Assembly: GCA_001771365.1 (NCBI GenBank) | Contig: METP01000040.1 | Location: 1 to 60,935 of the forward strand | Origin: a candidate division WOR-1 bacterium RIFCSPLOWO2_02_FULL_46_20 | Lineage (GTDB): Bacteria > Margulisbacteria > WOR-1 > O2-12-FULL-45-9 | Direction of reading: 5' to 3' | Length of the DNA stretch: 60,935 nucleotides | In this document: piece by piece, positions 48,752 through 58,644 of the stretch | Layout: each line of letters starts with the position of its first letter | Numbering within the stretch: position 1 is the first letter of the stretch | Made by a program: the position numbers and the translations under genes | The notes under the pieces: generated by a model | Seen by the model: only the letters and a program-made list of their open reading frames with translations | Database searches by the model: none | What the model was told of the DNA's origin: nothing

Positions 48752-51700
48752 ATGGCGACAAAGAGAGAGATGTTGACACAATTTCAACCAGGCAGATCAA
48801 GCGCTCTGGACACCACTTGGTGGCAGAGGCACGGCTCCCGCGCGCTCACCTGGATATTTCACAAAATTCTTAAGCGGCCCAATCGCCAGGCTCTAGCCGA
48901 GAGTTTAAAGGAAGACAGTTCAAAGCTTGGCCTGGAACAAAAAAAACAACTCCTCCAATTATTGCGGGAACACAAGCTAATTTACCCGAAATATACAAGC
49001 CGCAGCATTTACGACTTGCCCCTGGAAGAATTAAAACACTATCACCTGAGAAAATTAATATCCAGAAAACAGTTGGAAGGTTTTATTGAAGCTTTCAATG
49101 ACACATTCAAAGAGCTTTTCATTATTAACTTCTCAGCCGGCCAATTTAGCGTCACCCATCCTCCTGGAGAGCAAAGCGGCCTGGCAATTGAACCACTAAA
49201 TCTCGAAGATCCAATAGTTACGCCGAATTTGGCTGCTTATGTCCACAATGTTTTGCTGGCCACCAACCGCCCCCTCTCTTTTCTTGAAATCAAAGCGGAA
49301 ATAGCAAAACAATTGCTAAGAGGGGAAAGAATCAAGGAAAAAGATCTTGGTATCGCCATTGGGGATCTCAAAGCCAGGAAAGTTATTTTCGCTACCAGCG
49401 GCACAAAAAAAAACGGCCCTCGTTATTTTTTAAAAGACCGCCTGGATGAAGTACTCCATCGCACCGTTTATCGTTATAAAAGCAACGAAGGCGAAACAGA
49501 ATACATTTATAACAAAGAAGCCAATCAATTGATCGAAGAAGGAAAAGCTTTCGCGCTGATGGACCCAGACGGCCACACCTCTGTCATGCCAGAAACAGGC
49601 TTTAGAAAAGAAGCAACAAACTATGTTCAGGTAAAAACTTTGCAAAAAATAGCGCTCTGGGTGCACCAGGAAAACATACCTGAACTGATAGAACAAGGGC
49701 ATCTAGTAAAGGGGTTGGAAGACGGCACCTTTGCAGAATGCTATGTGCAGGCCAAAGCCCAACAACATCCTGAATTTGCCTGCTTAATATTCAATCGTTT
49801 TGCCCGGGTTTATCTCACCCGCAAATATGCAGACAATTTTGATGAAAAATACGCGCAACTTAGAGCCGCCTTTGAAGCCCGGTTAACCTTTGGAGGCATG
49901 GAACCAATATTGGACCTGTTGCACGAAGCCAGAACTGTAGCCAGTATAGGCGGTAATTCCACCACCGTGGTTATTGCCTTATTCAAACACGCCAAAGCCC
50001 TGCCTCTTCTTGAAGAAACAGGCTGTTTTCGCCCAGATGACCTCCAGGACATTGAGCATTGCTTCCGCCGCTTTGATTTTGTCGATCGCTTTCCTTTATT
50101 GTTTACTCCCGGATACAGCTATTCTCTACAGAATTTTATACACTTTATTTACGACCAAACCGTGCACTTTGAATCATTCCAATTGCTGTTGACAGGCAAG
50201 TTAAGCTCCTTAAGGCGCCTAGCTAACGCTCGCCTTCCCCTGGTTGACCCGCTTAGAAGACAAATTGAATTGATTTATGCTCCTCTGGCCGAAAAATGCG
50301 GCTATATCGACCTGGCCAACAATATGCGCGATTTTGTAGCCAAGCTCACCGATCCGGAAGCTTATGCCGCCACCTTAGCGATCATGGAAAAAGCCATGGG
50401 AATGGGATATAACCAGGCACGGCTGCACGTCGCAACGCAAGCCGCGGAGATAAAGGCCATCATCGCGGAAAACAGCGGCTCGATTGTTTCAGACACCTTC
50501 ACCAGAATTAAAGAGGTTGCCGCTCATCAGAAAAAAAACCAACAAAGGGGAAACAGGGAAGCCCCTCGCACTACTGATTTTATGGGCATAAGATACATTT
50601 GTAAAACTATAGGCGAAGCCTATCAAATAGCGGCTGAGCTCCAAAGCCACCTCGACCTTGCCCAGGCAAAAGAGATCCCTCCTGACAAAAAGCCTATTCA
50701 AGACAACCTTCAACGCGCCAGAAAAAGCGGCTGGCAGGGGTGGCGGGGCTATTTTTATGACCCATCACAGAATCAAGGTGCGGCTAAGCGGCGAGTTTTC
50801 TCCATACAGATTCTAACTGAAGAGATGTTAAAAGAAGATAAAAAGGGCCAATCCGCCCATTGGTGGATGAAAGCCGCTCGTGCCGCAGAAGTGGCCAGCA
50901 GGGAGCTTTCCAGTGTCTACAATCAACAGCATTTTGACCCTCCCCCCATAGACGAATATACCGGCAATGCAGAAGATGATTATTATATTGATCGCAGCGA
51001 AGCCAATAAATATCAGCGTGTTTTTGTCTATTTTGACCACTGGCAGGACGATTCTTTTTCAATTAAAGGCTCAACCTTCCCCGGCCACGGCTTCCTTCCT
51101 ATGTTTCGACTAGGACGGGGCGCGATCCTGGCCGATGCCGCGGCTTTTCGAGCGTTTGATACCAGCCTGGTTACAGATGTTGATTTCGCGGAAGTCTATC
51201 GTTTTGACCAAGATGGGCACGGAAAAATAATTTTTACCAGCGCAAGACAAGGAGCTTCGCGCGCGGCTCTGACAGAGACCGTCCAAAATGCTTCATTAAT
51301 TGTTTTTAAAACAGGAAGAGAGTTAACAGAAGAAGAATTAATAAAGATTTTACGATCCACAAAGAGTTTTAGAACCTCTTTCCTGGCCAAATTAAGACTG
51401 GAATTAAACAAACCACACAAGCCAAGCCGGGAACAAATAAAGACCAGGGGTCAGGATGATCCTATAGCAAAGAAAATTGATACTGCGGCAAAGAGGCAAC
51501 AGATAATAACGCTCACCGGTCTCCGGGATGAAAATGAAGTTTTTGAAGCCATCGGCCTGGGCCTAATAGATCTAGCTACAATTGAAGAAGCCTTAGGCAT
51601 ACTTACTACCAGGGTAGATCTTTCCACTTCGGGAGAAAATTTATCGTTAAAAATTGACACGCCGGATTGTTTGGGGCTCTTTTCCTATATCCTTAACCAG

Positions 51701-52177
51701 CAAACACCAGAGGCTTTTCACATTCTCGCTGCGAGCGCCCAGGTAATAACCCGGGCCCAGGGTGTTTCTCCTGCCACTTTGCAAATAACGCTTAGGCCCA
51801 AAGGCGCAAAAACCCCCTCTTTAAACTGTATGCAGGTGCGGACCGATATCGAGAACTTTCATCGAAGAGGAGAAACCTTTACTGACAGGCACAGGAGGGG
51901 GCAGGAAACAACATCTTTAAAAATAAACTTGTCTTTAACCAATCGCGGAAATTGGAATATCCTGCGCGAGATCGCTCGCCTTGCCGCCGAGTTTGACTTT
52001 AATATTTTAAGCTTCAATCTCCCTAACGCGTCGGAATCTAAAGATGGCGAAATTATCATAGAAGCTACTCAGCAAGTCGGGACAAAAGAAGATATTGTTG
52101 AACACATGAAAACTGCCTTTCACGAGGGGCTCCAATCATTCAAGGGATTCCGCTTTAGTCTTGAGGAAATCAGTTAG
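48752..52177 (+). CDS. Highly divergent long RelA/SpoT-homologue-like protein (N-terminal extension, degenerate HD, synthetase-like, TGS-like and ACT-like regions)
   Basis: IELIYAPLAEKCGY, TRIKEVAAHQKK, TDFMGIRYI...EAYQIAAELQSHL, FSIQILTEEM and SAHWWMK line up in order with the RSH motifs IYAPLAHRLG, RxKxxxSIxxKM, DxxGxRxI...CY...G..H, E[IV]QIRT and AAHWxYK. A TGS-like VFVYF...LIVFKTG segment and a C-terminal ACT-like segment follow. Confidence 0.65.
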   Translation: MATKREMLTQFQPGRSSALDTTWWQRHGSRALTWIFHKILKRPNRQALAESLKEDSSKLGLEQKKQLLQLLREHKLIYPKYTSRSIYDLPLEELKHYHLRKLISRKQLEGFIEAFNDTFKELFIINFSAGQFSVTHPPGEQSGLAIEPLNLEDPIVTPNLAAYVHNVLLATNRPLSFLEIKAEIAKQLLRGERIKEKDLGIAIGDLKARKVIFATSGTKKNGPRYFLKDRLDEVLHRTVYRYKSNEGETEYIYNKEANQLIEEGKAFALMDPDGHTSVMPETGFRKEATNYVQVKTLQKIALWVHQENIPELIEQGHLVKGLEDGTFAECYVQAKAQQHPEFACLIFNRFARVYLTRKYADNFDEKYAQLRAAFEARLTFGGMEPILDLLHEARTVASIGGNSTTVVIALFKHAKALPLLEETGCFRPDDLQDIEHCFRRFDFVDRFPLLFTPGYSYSLQNFIHFIYDQTVHFESFQLLLTGKLSSLRRLANARLPLVDPLRRQIELIYAPLAEKCGYIDLANNMRDFVAKLTDPEAYAATLAIMEKAMGMGYNQARLHVATQAAEIKAIIAENSGSIVSDTFTRIKEVAAHQKKNQQRGNREAPRTTDFMGIRYICKTIGEAYQIAAELQSHLDLAQAKEIPPDKKPIQDNLQRARKSGWQGWRGYFYDPSQNQGAAKRRVFSIQILTEEMLKEDKKGQSAHWWMKAARAAEVASRELSSVYNQQHFDPPPIDEYTGNAEDDYYIDRSEANKYQRVFVYFDHWQDDSFSIKGSTFPGHGFLPMFRLGRGAILADAAAFRAFDTSLVTDVDFAEVYRFDQDGHGKIIFTSARQGASRAALTETVQNASLIVFKTGRELTEEELIKILRSTKSFRTSFLAKLRLELNKPHKPSREQIKTRGQDDPIAKKIDTAAKRQQIITLTGLRDENEVFEAIGLGLIDLATIEEALGILTTRVDLSTSGENLSLKIDTPDCLGLFSYILNQQTPEAFHILAASAQVITRAQGVSPATLQITLRPKGAKTPSLNCMQVRTDIENFHRRGETFTDRHRRGQETTSLKINLSLTNRGNWNILREIARLAAEFDFNILSFNLPNASESKDGEIIIEATQQVGTKEDIVEHMKTAFHEGLQSFKGFRFSLEEIS

Positions 52178-52991
52178 CCGTTTTATAAAATTGTTTAATC
52201 CGTTGCTCTTGCCCGGCAGTTAGCTTCTGCTTCCTTCGCTTCATCATTGCCTTAGCACCGGCTAAAAATTTCTCTAATTCATATTTCTCCCCACCCCAAC
52301 TAAACGCTGGCACTTTTTTGGGCGTCACCCCGCCGCCAAACACATTCGCCCCCACCCCGATCACCGCACCGGTTGTAATCAGCGTGCCAATGCCGGTTTT
52401 TACAAAATCACCAATAAAACAGCCCATAAATGTCTGGCCTGTGTCAACGCCTCCAACTTTAACTGAGCCGTAATTATTTTTTAGATTGGAGTTGGTCGTC
52501 CCTGCCCCCAGATTTACCCATTCGCCTATATAAGAATGACCAATAAAACCGTAATGCGCCTTGTTAGAATAGCCGTGGAAAATTGAATGCATCACTTCGC
52601 CGCCAATCCGGCACTCCGGACCGATGGATAACGGCCCTCGAAGATAACTTAGCGGCTTAATGATCGTTCCCTTGCCAATATAAATCGGCCCCTGACGCGC
52701 GTCCAGTACGCAGCCGGCCTCAACCTCGGCACCTTTCTCAATTAAAACATTTTTTTTATCATAAAAAACTACAGAAGAGTGAACCTTGCCTCTGATTCCT
52801 TTGCCCAAAACCTTTAAGTCTTTTTCCAGGTCTTGCTTAAGATAAACAATTAAATCCCAAACGTGCTTAATTTTTCTTTCCGGGTGATCCTTGAGCATCC
52901 TGGCCCCGCACCTCAAATCTCCCTTTGCCCTTAAACAATCAAGGGAATATAATTGGGATTCCGAATTTTTCATTAATTCGTCATTAGTCAT
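52170..52991 (-). CDS. Hexapeptide-repeat (left-handed beta-helix) transferase-like protein
   Basis: A run of [LIV]G-type hexapeptide repeats (IGPECRIGGEVMHSIF...IGHSYIGEWVNLGAGT...). It resembles the C-terminal half of sugar-nucleotidyl/acyl transferases. Confidence 0.6.
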   Translation of the reverse strand: MTNDELMKNSESQLYSLDCLRAKGDLRCGARMLKDHPERKIKHVWDLIVYLKQDLEKDLKVLGKGIRGKVHSSVVFYDKKNVLIEKGAEVEAGCVLDARQGPIYIGKGTIIKPLSYLRGPLSIGPECRIGGEVMHSIFHGYSNKAHYGFIGHSYIGEWVNLGAGTTNSNLKNNYGSVKVGGVDTGQTFMGCFIGDFVKTGIGTLITTGAVIGVGANVFGGGVTPKKVPAFSWGGEKYELEKFLAGAKAMMKRRKQKLTAGQEQRIKQFYKTAN

Positions 52992-52994
52992 TAG

Positions 52995-54215
52995 TTATTC
53001 TGCCTTGCGTTTATATTTTGGGTCTTCAAACGAATAGGTAAACTGCGTATGTTTCTCGTATCTGCCCTCAAGAATGGCCACTACATCTTCGATAAAAACA
53101 ATCTCTTCGTCAGTTGGGATCACCAACACCTTAACCGGTGAATCGTCAGCCGAGATCAGTTCTTCTTTTTCACGACTAACGGCCTTTTCGTTTTTCTTTT
53201 TATCCAGCTTAACCCCCACACCTTCCAGGTTTTCTAAAACTCTCTCGCGCAGCTTCCAGTTTAATTCCCCGGCTCCGGCGGTAAACACCAGCGCGTCAAC
53301 ACTGCCCAATTCCGCCAGATAAGCTCCAATATATTTTTTTAAACGATAGACCTCTATTTCGATAGCCAGTTGTGAGCGTTTATCTCCGGATTGCGCGGCT
53401 TTTTCAATGTCGCGGCGATCCGTATATTTGCCGGTAATACCCAGCAACCCGGATTTTTTATTGAGAATCGAATCTATTTGTTCCGCATAAAAGCCCTCTT
53501 TTTCAATCATAAAAATAATTATCGCCGGATCTATGTCGCCACAGCGCGTTCCCATTACCGCGCCCTCAAGCGGCGTCAGCCCCATGCTGGTATCAACAGA
53601 AACTCCCCCTTTAATGGCCGTGAGACTGACTCCGTTGCCAATATGCAAAGTTATTAAATTTACTTCCGACGGTTTTTTATTTAAAAGAACAGCGGCGCGA
53701 CAGGAAACATAAAGATGCGAAGTGCCGTGAAAACCATAACGGCGAACCCCATACATGCCATACCACTCATAGGGAACGGGATAAAGATAGGCCTTCTCCG
53801 GCATGGTCTGGTGAAAAGCCGTATCAAAGACAGCGATATGGGGGATGTTGGGAAAGGCTTCTTTGGCTGCTTCGATACCGGAAATATTGGGGGGGTTATG
53901 CAGGGGAGCCAGATCCTGGACACTTCTAATAGCTTCTAAAACTTCCTCATTTATTAAGACTGAGTTTTTAAATTTTTCTCCGCCATGAACTATGCGATGG
54001 CCGACGGCAGAAATCTCCGACAGGTCCCTTATCACCGCATTTTCGCCCGTGGTTAATGTCTCAATAATTTGCCCGAGCGCTGTTCTGTGGTCAGGACAAA
54101 CATCTCCCGGGCCAATGCGCTCAACCACCCCTTTGGTCAAAGTTTGTCTCTTTTCCCAGAGGTAGAGCTTATATTTTACCGATGAACTACCGCAATTTAA
54201 CGCCAGAATTATCAT
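52995..54215 (-). CDS. ackA: Acetate kinase
   Basis: ILALNCGSSSVKY, GHRIVHGG, FDTAFHQTMP and RRYGFHGTSH motifs. Confidence 0.93.
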   Translation of the reverse strand: MIILALNCGSSSVKYKLYLWEKRQTLTKGVVERIGPGDVCPDHRTALGQIIETLTTGENAVIRDLSEISAVGHRIVHGGEKFKNSVLINEEVLEAIRSVQDLAPLHNPPNISGIEAAKEAFPNIPHIAVFDTAFHQTMPEKAYLYPVPYEWYGMYGVRRYGFHGTSHLYVSCRAAVLLNKKPSEVNLITLHIGNGVSLTAIKGGVSVDTSMGLTPLEGAVMGTRCGDIDPAIIIFMIEKEGFYAEQIDSILNKKSGLLGITGKYTDRRDIEKAAQSGDKRSQLAIEIEVYRLKKYIGAYLAELGSVDALVFTAGAGELNWKLRERVLENLEGVGVKLDKKKNEKAVSREKEELISADDSPVKVLVIPTDEEIVFIEDVVAILEGRYEKHTQFTYSFEDPKYKRKAE

Positions 54216-54975
54216 CTATTATTTGTCCTTCTTTATCAACAATCAAGGCTCGCACATTTAAACCATGCTGAGGGCCCAAAACAAAAATTGCCGTAGACAG
54301 AGCGTCAACCGTCGCCGCATTAGTGCCAACTACGGTTACGCTCTGACACAAGTCGGCCGGCCGGCCTTTCCGCGGGTCTATGATGTGCTGGCCGCGTTCG
54401 TAATTGCCGGAGGTAGACAAACTTTCCTCATCTTTTAGCTCAATCGTGCCAAGAATCTTATCCTTGTCTAGCGGATGTCGAACCCCAACTGTCCAAGTTC
54501 TATCGCCGAAGACGGCAATACTGGAACGCATGTCTATTATACCGCTTTCCGCGCCCGATTTCATTATGAGCTGTCGCGCTTTTTCAACAGCAAACCCCTT
54601 GCCAATGCCCCCCAGGTCTATCTTTCCGGAATGTCTAATATTAAACGCGCCACCGCTCAACCTAAAAATTTCGTCTGCCAGCTTAAGGCACTCGGCGGTC
54701 TCCGGGGAAAGCTCAAGCCCGGCCCCTTTGTTTAATAAACTAACTTCACTCTCCGGCTTAAATGTGCTGAGAAGCCGATCGAATCGTTTTATTTCATTAA
54801 ACGCCAGGGTTACCAAACGGTGGGCATTTGGCCCGTGGACCTTCACCCGAACCGGCGTACCCATAATAAAATCATTTTTCTCAGCGTCCATTTGCCCTCT
54901 GGAGTAAATCCGGGCCAAAGAAAATGCGACCAAAAGCAACCCGATTAATAATAAATACGGCAGACGTAGTTTCAT
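54187..54975 (-). CDS. apbE: FAD:protein FMN transferase (ApbE family)
   Basis: Signal or lipoprotein-like start MKLRLPYLLLIGLLLVAF, plus GGIGKGFAVEKA and STSGNYER motifs. Confidence 0.82.
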   Translation of the reverse strand: MKLRLPYLLLIGLLLVAFSLARIYSRGQMDAEKNDFIMGTPVRVKVHGPNAHRLVTLAFNEIKRFDRLLSTFKPESEVSLLNKGAGLELSPETAECLKLADEIFRLSGGAFNIRHSGKIDLGGIGKGFAVEKARQLIMKSGAESGIIDMRSSIAVFGDRTWTVGVRHPLDKDKILGTIELKDEESLSTSGNYERGQHIIDPRKGRPADLCQSVTVVGTNAATVDALSTAIFVLGPQHGLNVRALIVDKEGQIIDDNSGVKLR

Positions 54976-55022
54976 AATTCCCCTGTGTATGATATAATAT
55001 ATGAGGTTAATAGACAATTGAT

Positions 55023-55958
55023 ATGAACAAGGTTAAGAGCCTAAATCGCAAAGATCTCCTCGGCCTCAAAGATCTATCCGTTGAGGAAATAAAATTAATT
55101 CTCCGTACAGCCCACTCGATGAAAGAAGTCGCCGCCAGACCAATTCCCAAAGTCCCAACCTTACTCGGAAAACACATCATTACTTTGTTTTTTGAAGCCA
55201 GTACCCGAACCAGAACGTCTTTTAATATGGCAGCCAAGATCCTCTCAGCCAATATTACCAACATAGCTATATCTTCAAGCAGCGTAACAAAAGGTGAAAG
55301 CCTGATAGACACTGTCAAAAATCTGGAGGTTATGGGGGTCGATGCTATTATTATCAGACACCCCATGGGCGGGGCTCCGCTCCTGGCCGCACGCAATTGC
55401 AAAGCTTCAATAATAAGTGCCGGAGACGGATTTAATGAGCATCCCACTCAGGGTTTACTGGATATTTTTACCATGCAAGAAAAGAGAGGTAAGCTAAAAG
55501 ATAAGAAGATTTTGATTGTCGGTGATATTTCTCACTCTCGCGTGGCCCGCTCCAATATCTGGGGCTTAACCAAACTAGGCGCCAAAGTCACAGTGGTCGG
55601 CCCACCCACCATGATACCCAGGGGGATTGAAGAGATGGGGGTCAACGTTTCCTACAATTTAGACGACGAGATCAAAGAGGCTGATTTTATAAATATGTTA
55701 AGAATCCAAAATGAACGCCAGGAAAAAGGACTCTTCCCCTCGATTGAAGAATACCATAAACTTTATGGCCTAAACAAAGAACGAATGAAATATGCCAAGA
55801 AAGATGTCCTGGTTATGCATCCCGGGCCCATCAACCGCGGAGTGGAGATTACCTCCGAAGTCGCCGATGGGCCATACAATGTTATTTTAGAACAGGTCAC
55901 CAACGGGGTAGCGGTTAGGTCTGCGCTACTTTTTTTGCTCCTGGGCGGGAAAACCTAA
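55023..55958 (+). CDS. pyrB: Aspartate carbamoyltransferase catalytic subunit
   Basis: STRTR, HPTQ and HPGPINRG motifs. An extended -10 box TGATATAAT is at 54990-54998. Confidence 0.93.
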   Translation: MNKVKSLNRKDLLGLKDLSVEEIKLILRTAHSMKEVAARPIPKVPTLLGKHIITLFFEASTRTRTSFNMAAKILSANITNIAISSSSVTKGESLIDTVKNLEVMGVDAIIIRHPMGGAPLLAARNCKASIISAGDGFNEHPTQGLLDIFTMQEKRGKLKDKKILIVGDISHSRVARSNIWGLTKLGAKVTVVGPPTMIPRGIEEMGVNVSYNLDDEIKEADFINMLRIQNERQEKGLFPSIEEYHKLYGLNKERMKYAKKDVLVMHPGPINRGVEITSEVADGPYNVILEQVTNGVAVRSALLFLLLGGKT

Positions 55959-56499
55959 ACGATCTTCGATGGATCGGACACGGCCCAATCTCAACAATTT
56001 TACCGCGGTGAAACTCTGTGCCATATCCTTTATGAAGATCAAAACGATAATCCGGATATTTTCTATGGTAGCGCAGCATCAACCAATCCCTGGTAACTTT
56101 GGCGATAATTGAGGCGGCGGCGATTGAAGCATATTTTCCGTCTCCGCCAATAATACTTTGTGAAGGGATGTCTAAATCCAAAGCCATGCGCCGACCATCG
56201 ATCAAAAGATAATCTGGAGCAACAGATAAATTCTCAACCGCCAACTTCATAGCCAGGAGATTGGCTTTACCAATATTTATTTTATCAATTAATTTATGAT
56301 TTACTTTCCCTATCCCCACACCTATCGCCCTGGCCTGGATTTCCAGAAATAGCTCCTCACGTCTCCTGGGGGATAATAATTTTGAATCGGCCAATCCTTT
56401 GATTTCAATTTCTGGAGATAGAATTACCGCGGCAGCCACAATCGGTCCGGCTAAAGGGCCGCGACCCGCTTCGTCAACTCCGGCAACAAGCCTAAACAT
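55915..56499 (-). CDS. rnhB: Ribonuclease HII
   Basis: AGVDEAGRGPLAGP, DSK and HRRSF motifs. The 3' end overlaps the pyrB 3' end by 44 nt (convergent). Confidence 0.9.
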   Translation of the reverse strand: MFRLVAGVDEAGRGPLAGPIVAAAVILSPEIEIKGLADSKLLSPRRREELFLEIQARAIGVGIGKVNHKLIDKINIGKANLLAMKLAVENLSVAPDYLLIDGRRMALDLDIPSQSIIGGDGKYASIAAASIIAKVTRDWLMLRYHRKYPDYRFDLHKGYGTEFHRGKIVEIGPCPIHRRSFRFSRPGAKKVAQT

Positions 56500-56513
56500 G
56501 CTGCTAAATTATA

Positions 56514-57029
56514 TCATATGAGGCCAAATTTGGTCAGCGGCCAGATGCGGATAAAGGCTGGGCCGATTAAGTTTTCTTTGGGCAAGAGCCCCCAGTAGCG
56601 ACTATCGGCGGAAGCGGGACGATTATCGCCAAGGACCAAAAAATAGTCCTGGGGAATATTAACCGGGCCAAAATCAAAAAAGTCCTTGTTCATGGAGTGA
56701 GTTTCTACTATCGCCTCATCGTTTATATAAACAACGCCATTCTTCATCTCAAACTTTTCCCCGGGTAAACCCATTGTCCGTTTAATTAAGTCTTTTTTGT
56801 CTCGGGCACCAGAATTAACCTGGCGAAAAACAATAATTTCCTGCCTCTTGGGTTCACGAAAATGAAAAACAACCTTATTTACCACAATTCGGTCATGAAT
56901 ATCTAAAGTAGGCTCCATTGAACCGGAGGGGATCCAAAATACCTGGAGAAAAAATGCGCGAATGATCAAAGCCAAGATAAAGGCGACTGCAATAGTCTCA
57001 AACCAGTCAAAAAACCAGTTCTTCTTCAA
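56514..57029 (-). CDS. lepB: Signal peptidase I
   Basis: IPSGSMEPTL (catalytic Ser), KR...GLPGE and GDNRPASADSR motifs. Confidence 0.9.
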   Translation of the reverse strand: MKKNWFFDWFETIAVAFILALIIRAFFLQVFWIPSGSMEPTLDIHDRIVVNKVVFHFREPKRQEIIVFRQVNSGARDKKDLIKRTMGLPGEKFEMKNGVVYINDEAIVETHSMNKDFFDFGPVNIPQDYFLVLGDNRPASADSRYWGLLPKENLIGPAFIRIWPLTKFGLI

Positions 57030-57034
57030 AAGCT

Positions 57035-57382
57035 TTAAACCCCTTCTTCTACTTTGGTTGCCTGGCTGCCAATGCGCTCACGCAGGTAATATAATTTGGC
57101 GCGTCTAACTTTACCGCTGCGAAGAACCTCAATCTTTTCCAGCCTGGGTGAATGTAACACAAAGGTACGCTCAACTCCCACACCTTGAAATATCTTTCTC
57201 GCGGTAAAAGTTTCTCTTGATCCTCCACCCTGGCGCTTAATAACAATGCCTTCAAACCCATGCAGCCTTTCTTTGCCACCCTCAACAATTTTTGAGTAAA
57301 CCTTTACTGTATCCCCCACATTAAACTGTGGAATTTCTTTTTTCATTTGCGCTTTTTCAATCTCTTGTATAATGAGACTCAT
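57035..57382 (-). CDS. rplS: 50S ribosomal protein L19
   Basis: [12 protein letters not shown]...[15 protein letters not shown]. An AAGGAGG overlaps the trmD stop. The ATG at 57382 is preferred over the TTG at 57391, which lies only ~3 nt from the Shine-Dalgarno sequence. Confidence 0.9.
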   Translation of the reverse strand: MSLIIQEIEKAQMKKEIPQFNVGDTVKVYSKIVEGGKERLHGFEGIVIKRQGGGSRETFTARKIFQGVGVERTFVLHSPRLEKIEVLRSGKVRRAKLYYLRERIGSQATKVEEGV

Positions 57383-57399
57383 TTCAATCAAAATCCTCC

Positions 57400-58617
57400 T
57401 TATCGACCCAACAACCTGTCCAGTATTATAGCATTTGCGGAGCGAACTGACAAATGATTATACTCATCTTTTCCGATAATTGGCTCTAAAATCAGGTCAA
57501 ATCGCTCAAAAACTTCGTCTGCTATACCCCAACCTGTACCAATCACTAACAAATATGGCTGCTTTGCCCCGCTCATTTCCCTTTTTAAATCCTTAAATTT
57601 AGTCTTACCGACTGCCTTTGCCGACGTTCCAACTACCGTTGGCTTCTGGCCTTCAGCTCGGATTATTTCATCGATTGTTTCGTCTAACGATTCTTTAATA
57701 GAGATCAACTTAAACGCTTCCGCCCGCGTCCAATTAAACTCAAGGCTGCTATCGTCCATCCAAAAGCTGCGAATAAGCTCGGCAAACTCTCTTTGCGCCG
57801 GCAAGGGATTAACCACATAATATTTTTTAATCCCAAAAGTGCAGGCGCATCTGGCAATATCGTGCAGATCAAACCCGGTAATACAGGTTGAGACGATATC
57901 TTGTCTTTTGTTGTACACGGGGTAATGCAGCAAAGCAAGATAGACATTGGCCTTAGCCAATAAGTCAGGCCGGCGCTGTCGCGTCTTTATTAGCGCCTGT
58001 TCGCGTCGCCACTTGGCAATCTCCGCATGGTTGCCGGAGAGTAAAACGTCAGGGACCTTCTTGCCGGAAAACTCCTCCGGCCTGGTGTAGCTTGGGAAAT
58101 CAAGCAAGCCATCATAATAAGAATCTTGCTTAACCGACTCGGATTCTTTAACCACGCCGGGGATGTGCCTGGCGACCGCGTCAATCAAAACCATGGCAGG
58201 TATTTCTCCTCCGGTTAGAACATAATCCCCAATTGATATTTCTTCATCAACCATTTCCCTCACCCGTTCGTCTACCCCTTCATAATGCCCGCAGAGTAGA
58301 ACTAGATGTTCCTGTTTCGCCAGCTCATTAACCTTTTGCTGGGTAAGCTGTTTGCCCGTCGGGCACAATAAAATGACGGACGAGGGACGATTGACGATGG
58401 ACGATAATGCCCGAGCAACAACATCAACTTTCATGACCATTCCCGGTCCGCCGCCATACGGAGTATCATCTGCGGTTTTGTGTTTATCCGAGGTAAAATC
58501 GCGGAGATTAACCACCTCTAAACTTAAAAGGCCCTTTTGCTGGGCCTTTTTAAGTAAACTCTCATTTGTTGGTCCCTGAAACATTTCAGGGAATAGGGTC
58601 AAAACATCAATCCGCAT
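57400..58617 (-). CDS. trmD: tRNA (guanine37-N1)-methyltransferase TrmD fused to a second SPOUT-like domain (Tm1570 / Methyltrn_RNA_4-like)
   Basis: Residues 1 to ~235 are canonical TrmD ([33 protein letters not shown]). An extra ~170 aa ([28 protein letters not shown]...LLVIGTGWG...[14 protein letters not shown]) resembles the stand-alone SPOUT protein encoded next to trmD in Thermotoga. Confidence 0.85.
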   Translation of the reverse strand: MRIDVLTLFPEMFQGPTNESLLKKAQQKGLLSLEVVNLRDFTSDKHKTADDTPYGGGPGMVMKVDVVARALSSIVNRPSSVILLCPTGKQLTQQKVNELAKQEHLVLLCGHYEGVDERVREMVDEEISIGDYVLTGGEIPAMVLIDAVARHIPGVVKESESVKQDSYYDGLLDFPSYTRPEEFSGKKVPDVLLSGNHAEIAKWRREQALIKTRQRRPDLLAKANVYLALLHYPVYNKRQDIVSTCITGFDLHDIARCACTFGIKKYYVVNPLPAQREFAELIRSFWMDDSSLEFNWTRAEAFKLISIKESLDETIDEIIRAEGQKPTVVGTSAKAVGKTKFKDLKREMSGAKQPYLLVIGTGWGIADEVFERFDLILEPIIGKDEYNHLSVRSANAIILDRLLGR

Positions 58618-58644
58618 TTTATCCCGAGAACTGTCGAGGAAGCA

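Noticed and set aside
49405-49413. An A9 homopolymer inside the RelA/SpoT-like ORF, and an A8 run at about 13780 in the aminotransferase gene, considered as possible phase-variation or frameshift sites.
   Set aside because: Both ORFs read through in frame with sensible protein sequence on both sides. Tracts of this length are common in AT-leaning genomes.
55915-55958. The 44-nt convergent overlap of the pyrB and rnhB 3' ends, considered as a possible mis-annotation or antisense regulation.
   Set aside because: Both proteins end with plausible family-typical C-termini plus short tails. Such overlaps are common in compact genomes, and nothing further supports a regulatory role.
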